Part shown: piece after piece, positions 10,260 to 20,686 of the stretch
Position numbering within the stretch: position 1 is the first letter of the stretch
Layout: each line of letters starts with the position of its first letter
Source: Trueperaceae bacterium
GTDB lineage: Bacteria > Deinococcota > Deinococci > Deinococcales > Trueperaceae
Assembly: GCA_965214405.1 (NCBI GenBank)
Contig: OZ243956.1
Coordinates: 2,880,001 to 2,944,000 of the forward strand
Direction: 5' to 3'
Length of the DNA stretch: 64,000 nucleotides
Position numbers and translations under genes: made by a program
Notes under the pieces: generated by a model
Told to the model about the DNA's origin: nothing
The model's input: the letters and a program-made list of their open reading frames with translations, nothing else
Databases searched by the model: none

Positions 10260-11104
10260 ATGATTGCGATTATCACCGATTCGACTTGCGACCTACCTGC
10301 CGAGACCCTGGAAGCGCTCAACGTCCGGCGCGTGCCCCTCTACGTCCATTTCAAGGGCGAGACTTATAAGGACTGGCTCGAGATTAGCGCCAAAGAAATC
10401 GTCGAGGGCGTGCAGGCGGGCGCGGCGCTGCCCACCACGAGCCAGCCGAGCCCGCAGGATTTCGGGAAGGTCTTTAAGGAGGCGGTGGCGGACGGGGCTA
10501 CCGAAATCCTCTGCCTCGACATTAGCGGCGAACTCTCGGGCACCGTCGCCTCGGCGAATCTCGCCAAGGAAGAGGCGAGCGTGCCGGTCACGGTCATCGA
10601 CACGAGGTCGTGCAGCGTCGGCATCGGCGCAATGGTCGCGCGCGCCGCGGGGCTCCGCGACGAGGGCAAGAGCATGGCGGAGATTGTCGCGGTGATGGAG
10701 GAGATGAAGAGCGAGCTGAAACTCCTTTTCTCAGTCGGCTCTTTGGAGTTTTTGCAAAAGGGCGGGCGCATCGGGCGGGCGAGCGCGCTTTTGGGCGGGC
10801 TCCTCAACATCAAGCCTATCTTAAGCCTCAACGACGGCACGGTCGAGGCTGTCGGGCGGGCGCGCGGGGCCAAAAAGGCGCTCAAGGAGATGGTCGACCG
10901 GGTGCAGAGCTACGCGGCGTCTCACAAAGGCGAACTCATCATCTACTTTTTACACGTGCAGGATGAAGAGGACATTGACACCCTGCGTAATGCTCTCAAA
11001 ACAGCGGGCGTGTCCTACAGCGACAAAGGCTCTTTCGAAATCGGCGCGGTGGTCGCCGCGCACGTGGACCGGGGACGTACGGGCTTTTTATGTACAGCGA
11101 GTAA
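10260..11104 (+). CDS. degV: DegV family fatty-acid-binding protein with an apparent 1-nt frameshift near 11066
   Basis: IITDSTCD, TTSQPSP, LSGT, LQKGGRIG, LNIKPIL. The family C-terminal HVGPG motif appears only in the shifted frame ending TAA 11104. Confidence 0.9.
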
Positions 11105-11198
11105 AGCGCCTCGCTACTGAAGATGACCCAGTAAAACGCACAAGCAGGACAGGAAAATCTTATATACCGCTCCCTGGTGCCTGTGCCTATGATGGGGG

Positions 11199-12689
11199 GT
11201 GCTTGCTCGAGTCCTCTCCGCCGCCGTCTTAGGTGTCGACGCCTTTGAAGTCCAAATTGAAGTCGACATCTCCAACGGCCTGCCCTGCGTGATGGTCGTG
11301 GGTCTGCCCGACGCCGCCGTGCAGGAGTCGCGCGAAAGGGTGCGGGCTGCCATAAAGAACGCCGGGCTGCCCTTTCCCGCAAGCCGCATTGTGATTAATC
11401 TTGCCCCCGCCGACGTGCGCAAAGAAGGCCCAGCCTTTGACTTGCCCATCGCCGTCGCGCTTTTGGCGGCCCAGGGCATCATCAACTCCGAGGCGCTTGC
11501 CGACGCGGTTTTGAGCGGCGAACTGGCGTTAGACGGCACCATTCGGCCCATCCGGGGCGCCATCAACATCGGGCTGTTCGCGGCGGAGGCGGGGTACAAG
11601 CAGGTGGTGGTGCCCTTAGAAAACGCCGCCGAGACGGCGGTGGTGGACGATATCGAGGTCTACGCGCCCCGGACGCTGCTCGAGGCCGTCGAGTTTTTTC
11701 AGGGACGGCACGTTTTAAGAGCCGCCGAGCCCGCGCATATAGAAACGCAAGAGGACCTGCTCGACCTCCACGACGTCAAGGGCCAGGCCGCCGCCAAACG
11801 CGCGCTGGAAATCGCCGCGGCGGGCGCGCACAACCTGCTCATGACGGGGCCGCCGGGCTCGGGTAAAACGATGCTGGCGCGGCGACTGCCCGGCATCTTG
11901 CCACCCTTAGCCAGGGGCGAGGCCATCGAGGTGACGCGCATCCACTCCACGGCGGGGGTGCTCAAGCGGAGCGGCCTTATCAGGCATCCTCCCTTTAGGA
12001 GTCCGCACCACACCGTCTCGGACGCAGGACTGATTGGCGGGGGCAACGTGCCTAAGCCCGGTGAGGTGAGTCTGGCCCACCGCGGGGTGCTTTTTCTTGA
12101 CGAATTCCCCGAATTTTCCCGCAAGGCGCTCGAGGTCCTTAGGCAGCCGCTCGAGGACGGCGTCGTGACTATCAGCCGCGCACGGGCCGCGCTAACTTTC
12201 CCGGCTCGCTTTATGCTCGTCGCCTCACAAAATCCTTGCCCCTGCGGTCACTTTGGCGACCCGCAAAAGGCGTGTACCTGTACCCCCAGTATGCGCCAGC
12301 GCTACCGCGACCGCATCAGCGGGCCTCTTTTAGACCGCATCGACTTGCGCGTCGGCGTGCCGCGCCTGCCCGCTGACGACCTCCTGCGGACGCCGCCCGG
12401 CGAGGGGAGCGAGGAGGTAAAAGCGCGCGTGCTCGCCGCCAGAGCGTGCGCGGTCGAGCGGCAGGGGGTCCCGAATGCGCTCCTCGTGGGGCAGGCGTTG
12501 CGCCGCTTTGCCAACCTCTCCGGGGGTGCCGAGGGCTTTATGAAGGCGATGATTAAGCAGCTTTCGCTCTCGGGCCGCGGCTATGACCGCCTGTTGCGCG
12601 TCGCGCGCACGGTCGCCGATTTGTCCCACGCGGACGCGGTGAGTGAGGAGCATTTGGCTGAGGCGGCGGGGTACAGGGACACGCTTTAG
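11199..12689 (+). CDS. comM: YifB/ComM Mg-chelatase-like AAA+ ATPase
   Basis: [51 protein letters not shown]. Confidence 0.95.
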   Translation: MLARVLSAAVLGVDAFEVQIEVDISNGLPCVMVVGLPDAAVQESRERVRAAIKNAGLPFPASRIVINLAPADVRKEGPAFDLPIAVALLAAQGIINSEALADAVLSGELALDGTIRPIRGAINIGLFAAEAGYKQVVVPLENAAETAVVDDIEVYAPRTLLEAVEFFQGRHVLRAAEPAHIETQEDLLDLHDVKGQAAAKRALEIAAAGAHNLLMTGPPGSGKTMLARRLPGILPPLARGEAIEVTRIHSTAGVLKRSGLIRHPPFRSPHHTVSDAGLIGGGNVPKPGEVSLAHRGVLFLDEFPEFSRKALEVLRQPLEDGVVTISRARAALTFPARFMLVASQNPCPCGHFGDPQKACTCTPSMRQRYRDRISGPLLDRIDLRVGVPRLPADDLLRTPPGEGSEEVKARVLAARACAVERQGVPNALLVGQALRRFANLSGGAEGFMKAMIKQLSLSGRGYDRLLRVARTVADLSHADAVSEEHLAEAAGYRDTL

Positions 12690-12819
12690 AAGGTTTTTAA
12701 TCTTTTGGTTGGGCTCGAGCAGCATTCCGCATCTTCAATAAGGCGAGCTTTTCATCCGCAGCAGGTTCGTCAAGCATGAACAGGTCTGGCGGAGGCGCTC
12801 GAGCATAGAGAGGAGATTT

Positions 12820-13604
12820 ATGCTTACAGGTCTAGTGACGGCGTGAGTCGGGCGCTTATCGCTGGTGCGGTGCTGGTTTTTTCAGGATCAGTCAACGCTG
12901 GGATGACGCAGGCGCAGCTCGAGCAGGTGAGCGTGAATACGCAGTTGCAAGCACTTACCAAGGTGCCCTTTACGGTTGACACAGCCGAAATTACCGGGGG
13001 GGTAGAAGTTTCGGCGGGTCAAAAGGAGGGTCTTTTTCTCGATGACGGCGAAACGTCCGGAACCTTTGAGTTACCCCGTCCTTTGACCCCGGAAGACCCT
13101 CTTATGCTGGTGACCCTTTGGGGGGCCGATGTATCCCTTGTCGCCCAAGATGTGCTCATCTACGGTGTGAAAGAGAGTTTGACCTTTGACGCCACCAACG
13201 CTGCTAAAGGACTCGTTATGTTCCTTCTTAACGGTTCCACGCTCTCAACAGACCGTCTCATAACGATTTACTCAAAGATAGAGGCTCATCCTGACTTTCC
13301 GAACCTGGTAGGGTTCATGCGTACGCACAAGGGCTATCCTGACGGTGACGCATTGCTTGACGACATGATCGACATCTCTTTCCCCATCATTAACGATTTG
13401 GTGGCAGAATTAAATGATACAAAGGAGCCAGCAGGCTCTCTCACCCCCCAGACCGTCCGCAGCGGCTACGGCTTCCCCAGAACCTCAACTTTTACGCTGA
13501 CGCAGCCCGAGGATTCGAACGCAGTCACGGTAGAAGCCAGCAGTATGCTCGAGTTCAGGCTCATGATTTTTGAGGGAGGCGTAGGTAGAGACGCCCTCAG
13601 CTAA
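12820..13604 (+). CDS. Secreted hypothetical protein (track start GTG 12843; RBS-backed ATG 12820 is 1 nt out of frame)
   Basis: Signal-peptide-like ALIAGAVLVFSGSVNA; GAGGAG precedes ATG 12820. Confidence 0.55.
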
Positions 13605-13702
13605 TCCCCCTCTCAAGTTTTATGGATGGTTGTGCCTCTGCCTCGAGCCGCCCCCACCCCTCCCTCTTCTCACACCCAAAGCCCGTAAGAAGAGTCCCAA
13701 AC

Positions 13703-13716
13703 GTGACAATTGTCCC
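13703..13716. promoter_or_regulatory. Candidate operator GTGAC-AATT-GTCCC upstream of the caa3 operon
   Basis: Contains the perfect palindrome GACAATTGTC; an extended -10-like TGaTAAAGT lies at 13739-13747. Confidence 0.3.
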
Positions 13717-13888
13717 TAGTTCCCCCCTGAGCCTTCCATGATAAAGTGGCGCTAACGTATCGCTTGATTTCGGTCTCGCGGCAACGCATGGTGCTTGGTA
13801 GAGGGGTTTGGATAGGCTGTGCAGGTGCTGTTTCTGGCGCACCCCAACTATTTTCTGGACACCACGCAACTCACGCAAGGAGGATGAT

Positions 13889-15286
13889 GTGCCTATAACG
13901 AAGTGGTCGCGCCGAGGCGCGCGAAGCGCCCTGGCCCTGCTCGGGTTTCTGGGGCTCGCCGCGCTGCTGGCGGGGTGTGCGGTCGATCCGGAGTCGGTTT
14001 TTACCACGCGGCAGTCGGCACTCAATCCGGCGGGTGAGGTGGCGCGGGAGCAGCTTGCGCTCTTTAGAACCACCCTCTGGTGGGGGATAGCCGTGCTTGC
14101 GGTGGTGGCGGGCGGAATTATCTACTCAGTCGTGCGCTTTCGCCGCCGCCCGGACAGTGAAGGCATCCCGGAGCAGATCGAGGGGGCTTTATGGTTGGAG
14201 TTTACCTGGACCTTTATTCCCGCGATCATTTTGGTGATTATCGGCATCCCGACGGTCAGGCTTATTTTTAACACCGAGCGCTACGTCGAGGCCACCAACG
14301 CGGACTTGCGCGTGAACGTGGTTGGGCATCAGTGGTGGTGGGAATTTGAATATCCCGATTTGGGCATTGTCACGGCCAACGAGCTTCACATCCCTGTAGG
14401 GCGGCGCGTTATCTTGGACCTCGATTCGGCGGACGTGCTCCACTCGTTCTGGGTGCCCCGGTTGGGCGGCAAGCGTGACCTCATCCCCAATCAGGACAAC
14501 CAGCTCTGGCTCTCCGCCGACGACGCGGGTCTCTACTACGGTCACTGCGCCGAACTCTGCTTGACCGCGCACGCCTATATGCGCTTCCGGGTGGTGGCTG
14601 ATACCGACGAGGCGTTCGCAAGCTGGGTGGCGGCTTTTAGAAACGAGGGTGAGGCGCAACTGGCCTTTCAGGAGACTGGAGCAGGCATGAGGGCCGGGGT
14701 CACAAGCGTGCCAGCAAATACGGCGGGAGCCATGTCGGAGACTATGTCAGAAACTCCACCGGCAGACGCATCAGAATTCGCGTCGGCGGTGGGCTATACC
14801 CTTCAAACCGAGTCTGTTCCGCCTGCGGTCAATCCCGTTGCGGACCCCACCGCCGGGCTTAATTTAGATCCTCAGACCGTGGAAACGGGCAGGGCGCTCT
14901 TCAAGACAAAGGGGTGCGCGGGCTGCCACGCGGTTCGGGGCTACGCGCAGGGGCAGATTGGGCCGGACCTGACTAACTTTGGTTTGCGCACCTCTGTTGC
15001 GGCGGGGGTGCTCGAGAACACCCCGGAAAATCTGGCCGCCTGGCTCCGCAACCCCGAGGCGGTCAAACCGGGCAACTACATGCCCATCTTGTGGACGGCG
15101 GACGACCCCAACGCCGACGAAGAAATAACGGCGCTGGTCGCGTATTTGGAGAGTTTGGGACACGAAGAAGCGGCGACCGCCAGCACTGCGGCTCCCCCCC
15201 TTTCTACTCCTACTTCTACCCCGGCATCAACCCCTACCCCTACATCCGTAGCGGCATCCTTGGGAGGCAACAGTGGCAATCGGTAG
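13889..15286 (+). CDS. ctaC: Cytochrome c oxidase subunit II with fused cytochrome c (caa3 type), lipoprotein
   Basis: AGGAGG then GTG 13889; lipobox LAGC; GHQWWWEF; CuA ligands in DVLHSFW and CAELCLTAHAYM; CAGCH heme motif. Confidence 0.95.
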   Translation: MPITKWSRRGARSALALLGFLGLAALLAGCAVDPESVFTTRQSALNPAGEVAREQLALFRTTLWWGIAVLAVVAGGIIYSVVRFRRRPDSEGIPEQIEGALWLEFTWTFIPAIILVIIGIPTVRLIFNTERYVEATNADLRVNVVGHQWWWEFEYPDLGIVTANELHIPVGRRVILDLDSADVLHSFWVPRLGGKRDLIPNQDNQLWLSADDAGLYYGHCAELCLTAHAYMRFRVVADTDEAFASWVAAFRNEGEAQLAFQETGAGMRAGVTSVPANTAGAMSETMSETPPADASEFASAVGYTLQTESVPPAVNPVADPTAGLNLDPQTVETGRALFKTKGCAGCHAVRGYAQGQIGPDLTNFGLRTSVAAGVLENTPENLAAWLRNPEAVKPGNYMPILWTADDPNADEEITALVAYLESLGHEEAATASTAAPPLSTPTSTPASTPTPTSVAASLGGNSGNR

Positions 15287-17195
15287 ACAACCCGCGAGAC
15301 CTGTAACCGACACCGGCCTGTGGGGGCGGCCCACCGCCCAAACGGGCGTCGTGAGTTGGCTTACGACGGTTGATCACAAGCGCTTAGGCATCCTTTATTT
15401 TGTAACAACCTTTGGCTTTTTTCTCTTGGGTAGCGTTGAGGCGGGACTCATCCGCTTGCAGTTGGCGCGGCCCAACCAGACCCTTATCGGACCCGAAATT
15501 TATAACCAGCTTTTCACCATGCACGGCGTGACCATGATTTTTCTGGCGATCATGCCCCTGGGTACCGCCTTTGCCAACTATTTCGTGCCGCTGATGATCG
15601 GCGCGCGCGACTTAGCATTCCCGCGCATGAACGCCTTTGGATATTGGGCTTACTTCGCGGGTGGGATTATTATTTACTCGAGCTTTTTCTTGGGCGGCGC
15701 GCCCAACGCGGGCTGGTTCGCTTACGCGCCGCTGACGCAACTTGACTACAACCCGGGGCACGGCATCGACTTCTATTTGGTGGGTCTGTTCGTGAGCGGT
15801 ATCGGTACGCTCGTGACCGCGATGAACTTAATCGTCACCATCATCAACATGCGCGCGCCCGGCATGACGCTGATGCGGATGCCGCTTTTCCCGTGGATGA
15901 TTCTGGTCACCGCCTTTTTGGTTATCTTTGCGTTCCCGCCCCTGACCATCGCGCTTTTTCAGATGATCATGGACCGGTCGTTCGGCACGCTTTTTTACGA
16001 TCCTGCGGCGGGCGGTCTGCCGATCTTTTGGCAGCACCTCTTCTGGGTGTTCGGACACCCGGAGGTCTACATCGTCATCTTGCCCGCTTTCGGCATCATT
16101 TCCGAGGTGATCCCGACGTTTTCGCGCAAGCCGCTGTTCGGTTACCCGATGGTGGTCTTGGCGGGTATCTTTATCGGCTTTATGGGCTTTGCGGTGTGGA
16201 GCCACCACATGTTTACGACGGGTCTGGGTCCGGTCGCCTCGTCCGCGTTTGCGATTACGAGCTTTGTCATCGCCATCCCAACAGGTATCAAGGTGTTTAA
16301 CTGGATTGCGACGATGTGGCGGGGGCAGATCTGGTTTACCACCGCGATGCTTTTTGCCATCGCCTTTTTGTTTACCTTTACGCTGGGCGGCATCACGGGC
16401 ATTATGGTCGCGGTGCCTCCTTTTGACGCGCAGGCGCAGGACTCTTACTTTGTGGTGGCGCACTTTCACTACGTGATGGGCGGCGGCGCGCTGCTGTCGT
16501 TTTTTGCGGGCGTCTACTACTGGTTCCCCAAAATGACCGGGCGTCTTTTGAGTGAGCGCCTGGGCAAATGGGTGTTCGCGCTTACCGTGGGCGGCTTTCA
16601 CCTCACCTTTTTCCCGATGCACTTTCTTGGGCTTCAGGGGATGCCGCGGCGCGTGCAGACCTATCAGGCGGGGATCGGGCTCGAGTGGAATAATCTTCTC
16701 GCCACCGCGGGCGCAGGCCTTTTGGGTCTTGGTGTACTTCTGTTCCTCTTCTCGCTCCTGCGCGACATACGTACGGGCAAGGTGGCGGGCAACGACCCCT
16801 GGGACGCGCGCACCTTGGAGTGGAGCACCACCTCGCCGCCCCCACATTATGATTTTGAAAATCTGCCCAAAGTGCATGACCGCGATCCTTTGTGGTTGGA
16901 AAAGCACCCCGAACTGTTAGAAGAGCGCGACGAGCTCTCCCAGGCCGCCGACGACCCCTCGCGCGAGGGCGAATACGACGAATCGGGCGGCATCCATATT
17001 CCCGCGCAGTCGTGGTATCCCTTTATCGCCTCGGTAGGTTTGCTGCTGGGCGGCTACGCGGTCATTTACGAAAACTGGATTCTTGGTACCTTTTGCTTTG
17101 TCGTCATCACGTTTAGCACCTACGCCTGGGCCTTTGAGGGCGTGGGCGGCGAGCATATTCATCCCGAAACGGGTCATCCCGGGAGACACGCGTGA
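15273..17195 (+). CDS. ctaD: Cytochrome c oxidase subunit I (A1 type)
   Basis: TMHG, FGHPEVY, WSHH, VVAHFHY, GMPRR. Confidence 0.98.
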   Translation: MAIGRQPARPVTDTGLWGRPTAQTGVVSWLTTVDHKRLGILYFVTTFGFFLLGSVEAGLIRLQLARPNQTLIGPEIYNQLFTMHGVTMIFLAIMPLGTAFANYFVPLMIGARDLAFPRMNAFGYWAYFAGGIIIYSSFFLGGAPNAGWFAYAPLTQLDYNPGHGIDFYLVGLFVSGIGTLVTAMNLIVTIINMRAPGMTLMRMPLFPWMILVTAFLVIFAFPPLTIALFQMIMDRSFGTLFYDPAAGGLPIFWQHLFWVFGHPEVYIVILPAFGIISEVIPTFSRKPLFGYPMVVLAGIFIGFMGFAVWSHHMFTTGLGPVASSAFAITSFVIAIPTGIKVFNWIATMWRGQIWFTTAMLFAIAFLFTFTLGGITGIMVAVPPFDAQAQDSYFVVAHFHYVMGGGALLSFFAGVYYWFPKMTGRLLSERLGKWVFALTVGGFHLTFFPMHFLGLQGMPRRVQTYQAGIGLEWNNLLATAGAGLLGLGVLLFLFSLLRDIRTGKVAGNDPWDARTLEWSTTSPPPHYDFENLPKVHDRDPLWLEKHPELLEERDELSQAADDPSREGEYDESGGIHIPAQSWYPFIASVGLLLGGYAVIYENWILGTFCFVVITFSTYAWAFEGVGGEHIHPETGHPGRHA

Positions 17196-17785
17196 GTTTT
17201 GTTACCGAACAGGGCGACTACCGCTCGACCGCCCTGCCCGACCGTAAACTTCTGATGTGGATTTTTCTGGCGTCGGACTGTATGTTCTTTGCGGCGCTCA
17301 TCGGCACTTACGTTGTTTACAATGGTCGCAGCTTGATGGGGCCTTACCCCGTCGACGTGCTCGACATCCCCCTAACCACCGTCAGCACCTTTGTATTGCT
17401 CATGAGTTCGTTTTTGATGGTGCTGGCGCTCCACGCGCTGCGCGAGGATCACATCCAGCAGTTCCGGCTCTGGACCTTTGGGGTCTGCTTTTTCGGCGCC
17501 ATCTTCTTGGGCTTTCAGGTCTACGAGTTCAACCACTTCGTCCACGAGGGCCTGACGCTACAACAAAACCTCTTCGGCTCGACCTTTTTCGTGCTCACCG
17601 GCACCCACGGCGTCCACGTGACCATCGGGGTGCTCTGGCTCTTGTCCATCCTCATTCATTCGTACGTCAAGCCGACCTCGTCTAAAGACGCGCTCTCCTT
17701 AGAAATTGCCGGGCTTTACTGGCACTTTGTCGACATCGTCTGGATCATCATCTTTACGGTTGTTTACCTGGTGGAGTTCGTGTGA
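17192..17785 (+). CDS. ctaE: Cytochrome c oxidase subunit III
   Basis: WIFLASDCMFF, TGTHGVHV, YWHFVDIVW. Confidence 0.95.
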   Translation: MSFVTEQGDYRSTALPDRKLLMWIFLASDCMFFAALIGTYVVYNGRSLMGPYPVDVLDIPLTTVSTFVLLMSSFLMVLALHALREDHIQQFRLWTFGVCFFGAIFLGFQVYEFNHFVHEGLTLQQNLFGSTFFVLTGTHGVHVTIGVLWLLSILIHSYVKPTSSKDALSLEIAGLYWHFVDIVWIIIFTVVYLVEFV

Positions 17786-19692
17786 GCAAGGACCCGACGC
17801 AAAAACCCGATACTTCGGTGGGGACGTACATCCTCATCGCGGTGGTTCTGGCGATCATCACCTACCTCGAATTCGCCATCGTCGAGTACGATATCGCCTG
17901 GCTCGACTCGACCGCCACGCTCGCGTGGTTGGTCATCATGTCGGTTATCAAGTTCATCCTGGTCGTCGCGTTTTTCATGCACCTCAAGCAGGACGACCGC
18001 ATTTTCACCGGCTTTTTCTCCTCGGGGATGGCGATCGCGGTGGGCACGCTCCTCGCGCTCTCGATTTTGCTGACCGTTCGTAGCCTTTCGGTTACCAATA
18101 CGCCTCAGTTAGAGGTGGCCGAAATAAGAGCGGGCGTGCCGGTGGCCGAGGGCGACTTAGGGCACGCGCAGGAACTTTATGCGGAGGCGTGCTCGAGCTG
18201 TCACGCGCTAGACGGCCTGGGTACCGCGAGCGTGATGCCGCCCCTCGTCCAGCAGATGCCGCTGCTTTTGCAGGCCGACGGGGGCCGCGCTCACGTGATC
18301 AACACGCTTTTGTACGGACTTGAAGGTCCCATCCAGGTTTTGGGCGAGACTTACGACGGCATCCAGCCCGCGCAGGGTTACCTTCACGATGAAGAGCTCG
18401 CGGACATCCTCAACTACAGCGCGCAGGCCTGGGGCAACGATCAGCTCCTGCCCGACTTCACGCCCTTTACCGCCGAAGAGGTCGCGGAAAGGCGCGGGGA
18501 GGCGCTTTCCGCCGCGCAGGTCTACAGCCTGCGGCAGGCTCTCACGCTCCCTCAAGTCGCCACTGCCCCCCTCTTGCGCCGCCGCCCCTTGACCGCGCAG
18601 CTCGACACGCCCGAGCCGAAATACCTGAGGCTGGACTTGGGGCCGGATTCGGCGGTGTCGGAATACCGCACCCCGACTGTTCCCGGTGCTCAGCCCATCA
18701 ATCCCGCAGATGCGCCCCCCGAACCCCGCGTCGAACAAAACGGCTACGCGCCCCTTTATGAGCCAGGCAGCGCTCGAGAGCACGGCGACGGCGACCCCGA
18801 CACCGCCATCGAGGAGCGCGCCGAAGCGGGCACCGTCGACCCTGAAGAGGCCCAGCACAGCGCGCCTTTGGAGCTCGGCCCCGGTCACACGGCCACAGGC
18901 GCAACGGGTGGCGAGAGCGCCTTTGCATCATCCTTGCTTAGCCGCGAGGGGAATTATGCGCCCTTGGGTGGTACAGGTGGGGTGACGCTGGTAGAAACGG
19001 GCGAAGCGCCCACTCTAACGACCGCTCCCCCCGGTGATGTGGATGTTCTCGAGGCGGTAACAGGGGGAAGCGTACAAGAAACTCCCCCAGCAGCTTCCGC
19101 GGTGGCCCCACTTGGTGCCACACAAGAGTCAGCCCCACCCGCTCCCGCGCAGCAGCAACCAGCTCCTCCCGCAGCGCCTAATACAGCACCACCTGCCACA
19201 GCGCCCGGTACAGCACCCACCGCAGCGACGACAGGAGGTGCAGCCGAGGCGGCGACGCAGCCCCCACAAGCAGCTCCGGCGGCGTTTGATTGGCAGGAAC
19301 TCGGTACCACCATCTACACCGGCAACTGCTCGTCTTGCCACCAACCCAACGGCGAGGGCATCGTGGGCGCGTTCCCGCCCCTCGCGGGCCACATGCCAGA
19401 GCTCTTGCAAACCGAGGGCGGGCGCGAATACCTCGTCAACGTGCTTCTTTACGGTTTGCAGGGCGAGATCAACGTGGAGGGCCAGACCTACAACGGCGTC
19501 ATGACTGCCTGGGCGAGCTTAGGAGACGAGCAGATCGCGGCAGTGCTGAACCACGAATCGACCTCATGGGGCAACGCGGACGCGCTCTCAACCTTCGAGC
19601 CCTTCCAGCCTGGAGAAATCGCGGCGCAGCGCGGTCTGGGTCTTAGCAGCACGGACGTGTATGAGCTCCGGCAGACCCTGAGGCTCGAGTAA
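17782..19692 (+). CDS. Cytochrome c oxidase subunit IV fused to two cytochrome c552-like domains
   Basis: N-terminal three-TM domain with KFILVVAFFMHLK; two CSSCH motifs, each followed by LLYGL.G.I.V.G.TY.G; long Pro/Ala/Thr/Glu linker. Confidence 0.88.
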   Translation: MSKDPTQKPDTSVGTYILIAVVLAIITYLEFAIVEYDIAWLDSTATLAWLVIMSVIKFILVVAFFMHLKQDDRIFTGFFSSGMAIAVGTLLALSILLTVRSLSVTNTPQLEVAEIRAGVPVAEGDLGHAQELYAEACSSCHALDGLGTASVMPPLVQQMPLLLQADGGRAHVINTLLYGLEGPIQVLGETYDGIQPAQGYLHDEELADILNYSAQAWGNDQLLPDFTPFTAEEVAERRGEALSAAQVYSLRQALTLPQVATAPLLRRRPLTAQLDTPEPKYLRLDLGPDSAVSEYRTPTVPGAQPINPADAPPEPRVEQNGYAPLYEPGSAREHGDGDPDTAIEERAEAGTVDPEEAQHSAPLELGPGHTATGATGGESAFASSLLSREGNYAPLGGTGGVTLVETGEAPTLTTAPPGDVDVLEAVTGGSVQETPPAASAVAPLGATQESAPPAPAQQQPAPPAAPNTAPPATAPGTAPTAATTGGAAEAATQPPQAAPAAFDWQELGTTIYTGNCSSCHQPNGEGIVGAFPPLAGHMPELLQTEGGREYLVNVLLYGLQGEINVEGQTYNGVMTAWASLGDEQIAAVLNHESTSWGNADALSTFEPFQPGEIAAQRGLGLSSTDVYELRQTLRLE

Positions 19693-20549
19693 TGCCGACG
19701 CTCGCGTGGCAGCTTGACCCGGCGCTTATCGGCACCCTCTTAACGCTCGCGGTCGTTTACGGCTTGGCGGTCGGGCCGCTACGCGCGCGGCTCGCGCCCG
19801 GCGAAGGATTCCCGGTGGGCAAGGCGAGCCTATTTTACAGCGCGCTGCTCATCATTTTTCTCGCGGAGGGTTCGCCCCTGCACGACCTTTCGGAGCGTTA
19901 CCTCTTTAGCGCGCACATGGTGCAGCACCTCCTGCTGAGTTACGTCGCCGCGCCGCTCCTGATTCGCGGCACGCCCGACTGGGTGCTGCGGCCCTTGCTA
20001 CTCAACCGCGTGGTGCGGCCTTTCGCCAAGGTGCTTTTCAACCCGGTGGTCGCGTTTTTGGCTTTTAACCTCTTTTTCTCGCTCTGGCACTTCCCGGCCA
20101 TCTACGAGGCGGCGCTGCAAAATCCGTGGATACACCACCTCGAGCACGTCTTCTTTATCGGCACCGCCATCATGCTGGGGTGGCCGCTTATGAGCCCGCT
20201 CAAGGCGCTGCCCCGCCTGTCACACCTTGGGCGGCTCGTCTACTTGTTTCTCATCCCGATGGCGCAGTTTTTGGTCGCGGCGGTGCTCACCTTTGCGCAT
20301 AACGCCTTTTACCCCACCTACATCGCCGCGCCGCGGCTCTGGGGCCTCACCGCCGCCGCCGACCAGCAGTTGGGCGGCATCATCATGAAAATAGGCGGCG
20401 CGGTTGCTTTCGGCATCCCCTTCGTGCTCATCTTTTTCGCCTGGTACGCCGAGGAGATGGCGACGGGCAGCCGCAAGAAAAAGCGTAAGGGTTCGCATAA
20501 GAAGCCGTACGCCAGCGACGAGGTGCCGGGAAGCAGCGTGAACGTTTAG
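19692..20549 (+). CDS. ctaG: caa3-type cytochrome c oxidase assembly factor
   Basis: LFSAHMVQHLLL, WHFP, HHLEH, DQQLGGIIMK. Confidence 0.92.
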   Translation: MPTLAWQLDPALIGTLLTLAVVYGLAVGPLRARLAPGEGFPVGKASLFYSALLIIFLAEGSPLHDLSERYLFSAHMVQHLLLSYVAAPLLIRGTPDWVLRPLLLNRVVRPFAKVLFNPVVAFLAFNLFFSLWHFPAIYEAALQNPWIHHLEHVFFIGTAIMLGWPLMSPLKALPRLSHLGRLVYLFLIPMAQFLVAAVLTFAHNAFYPTYIAAPRLWGLTAAADQQLGGIIMKIGGAVAFGIPFVLIFFAWYAEEMATGSRKKKRKGSHKKPYASDEVPGSSVNV

Positions 20550-20686
20550 CTTCACCTTTACAACGCTCAACCGCACAGCCTATGTAAAGCCGGGACTACA
20601 AAGTTCCGGCTCTTTTCTTGCGTTATGACGAACTCCCGACGGACGAACGTAAACTCTCGCGGTATCCTCACCCAGAGGAGTGACCT

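Noticed and set aside
15828..16907. Long antisense ORFs (this 359-aa one, 36481-37377 and similar)
   Set aside because: Shadows of GC-rich genes on the opposite strand, with no motifs or RBS.
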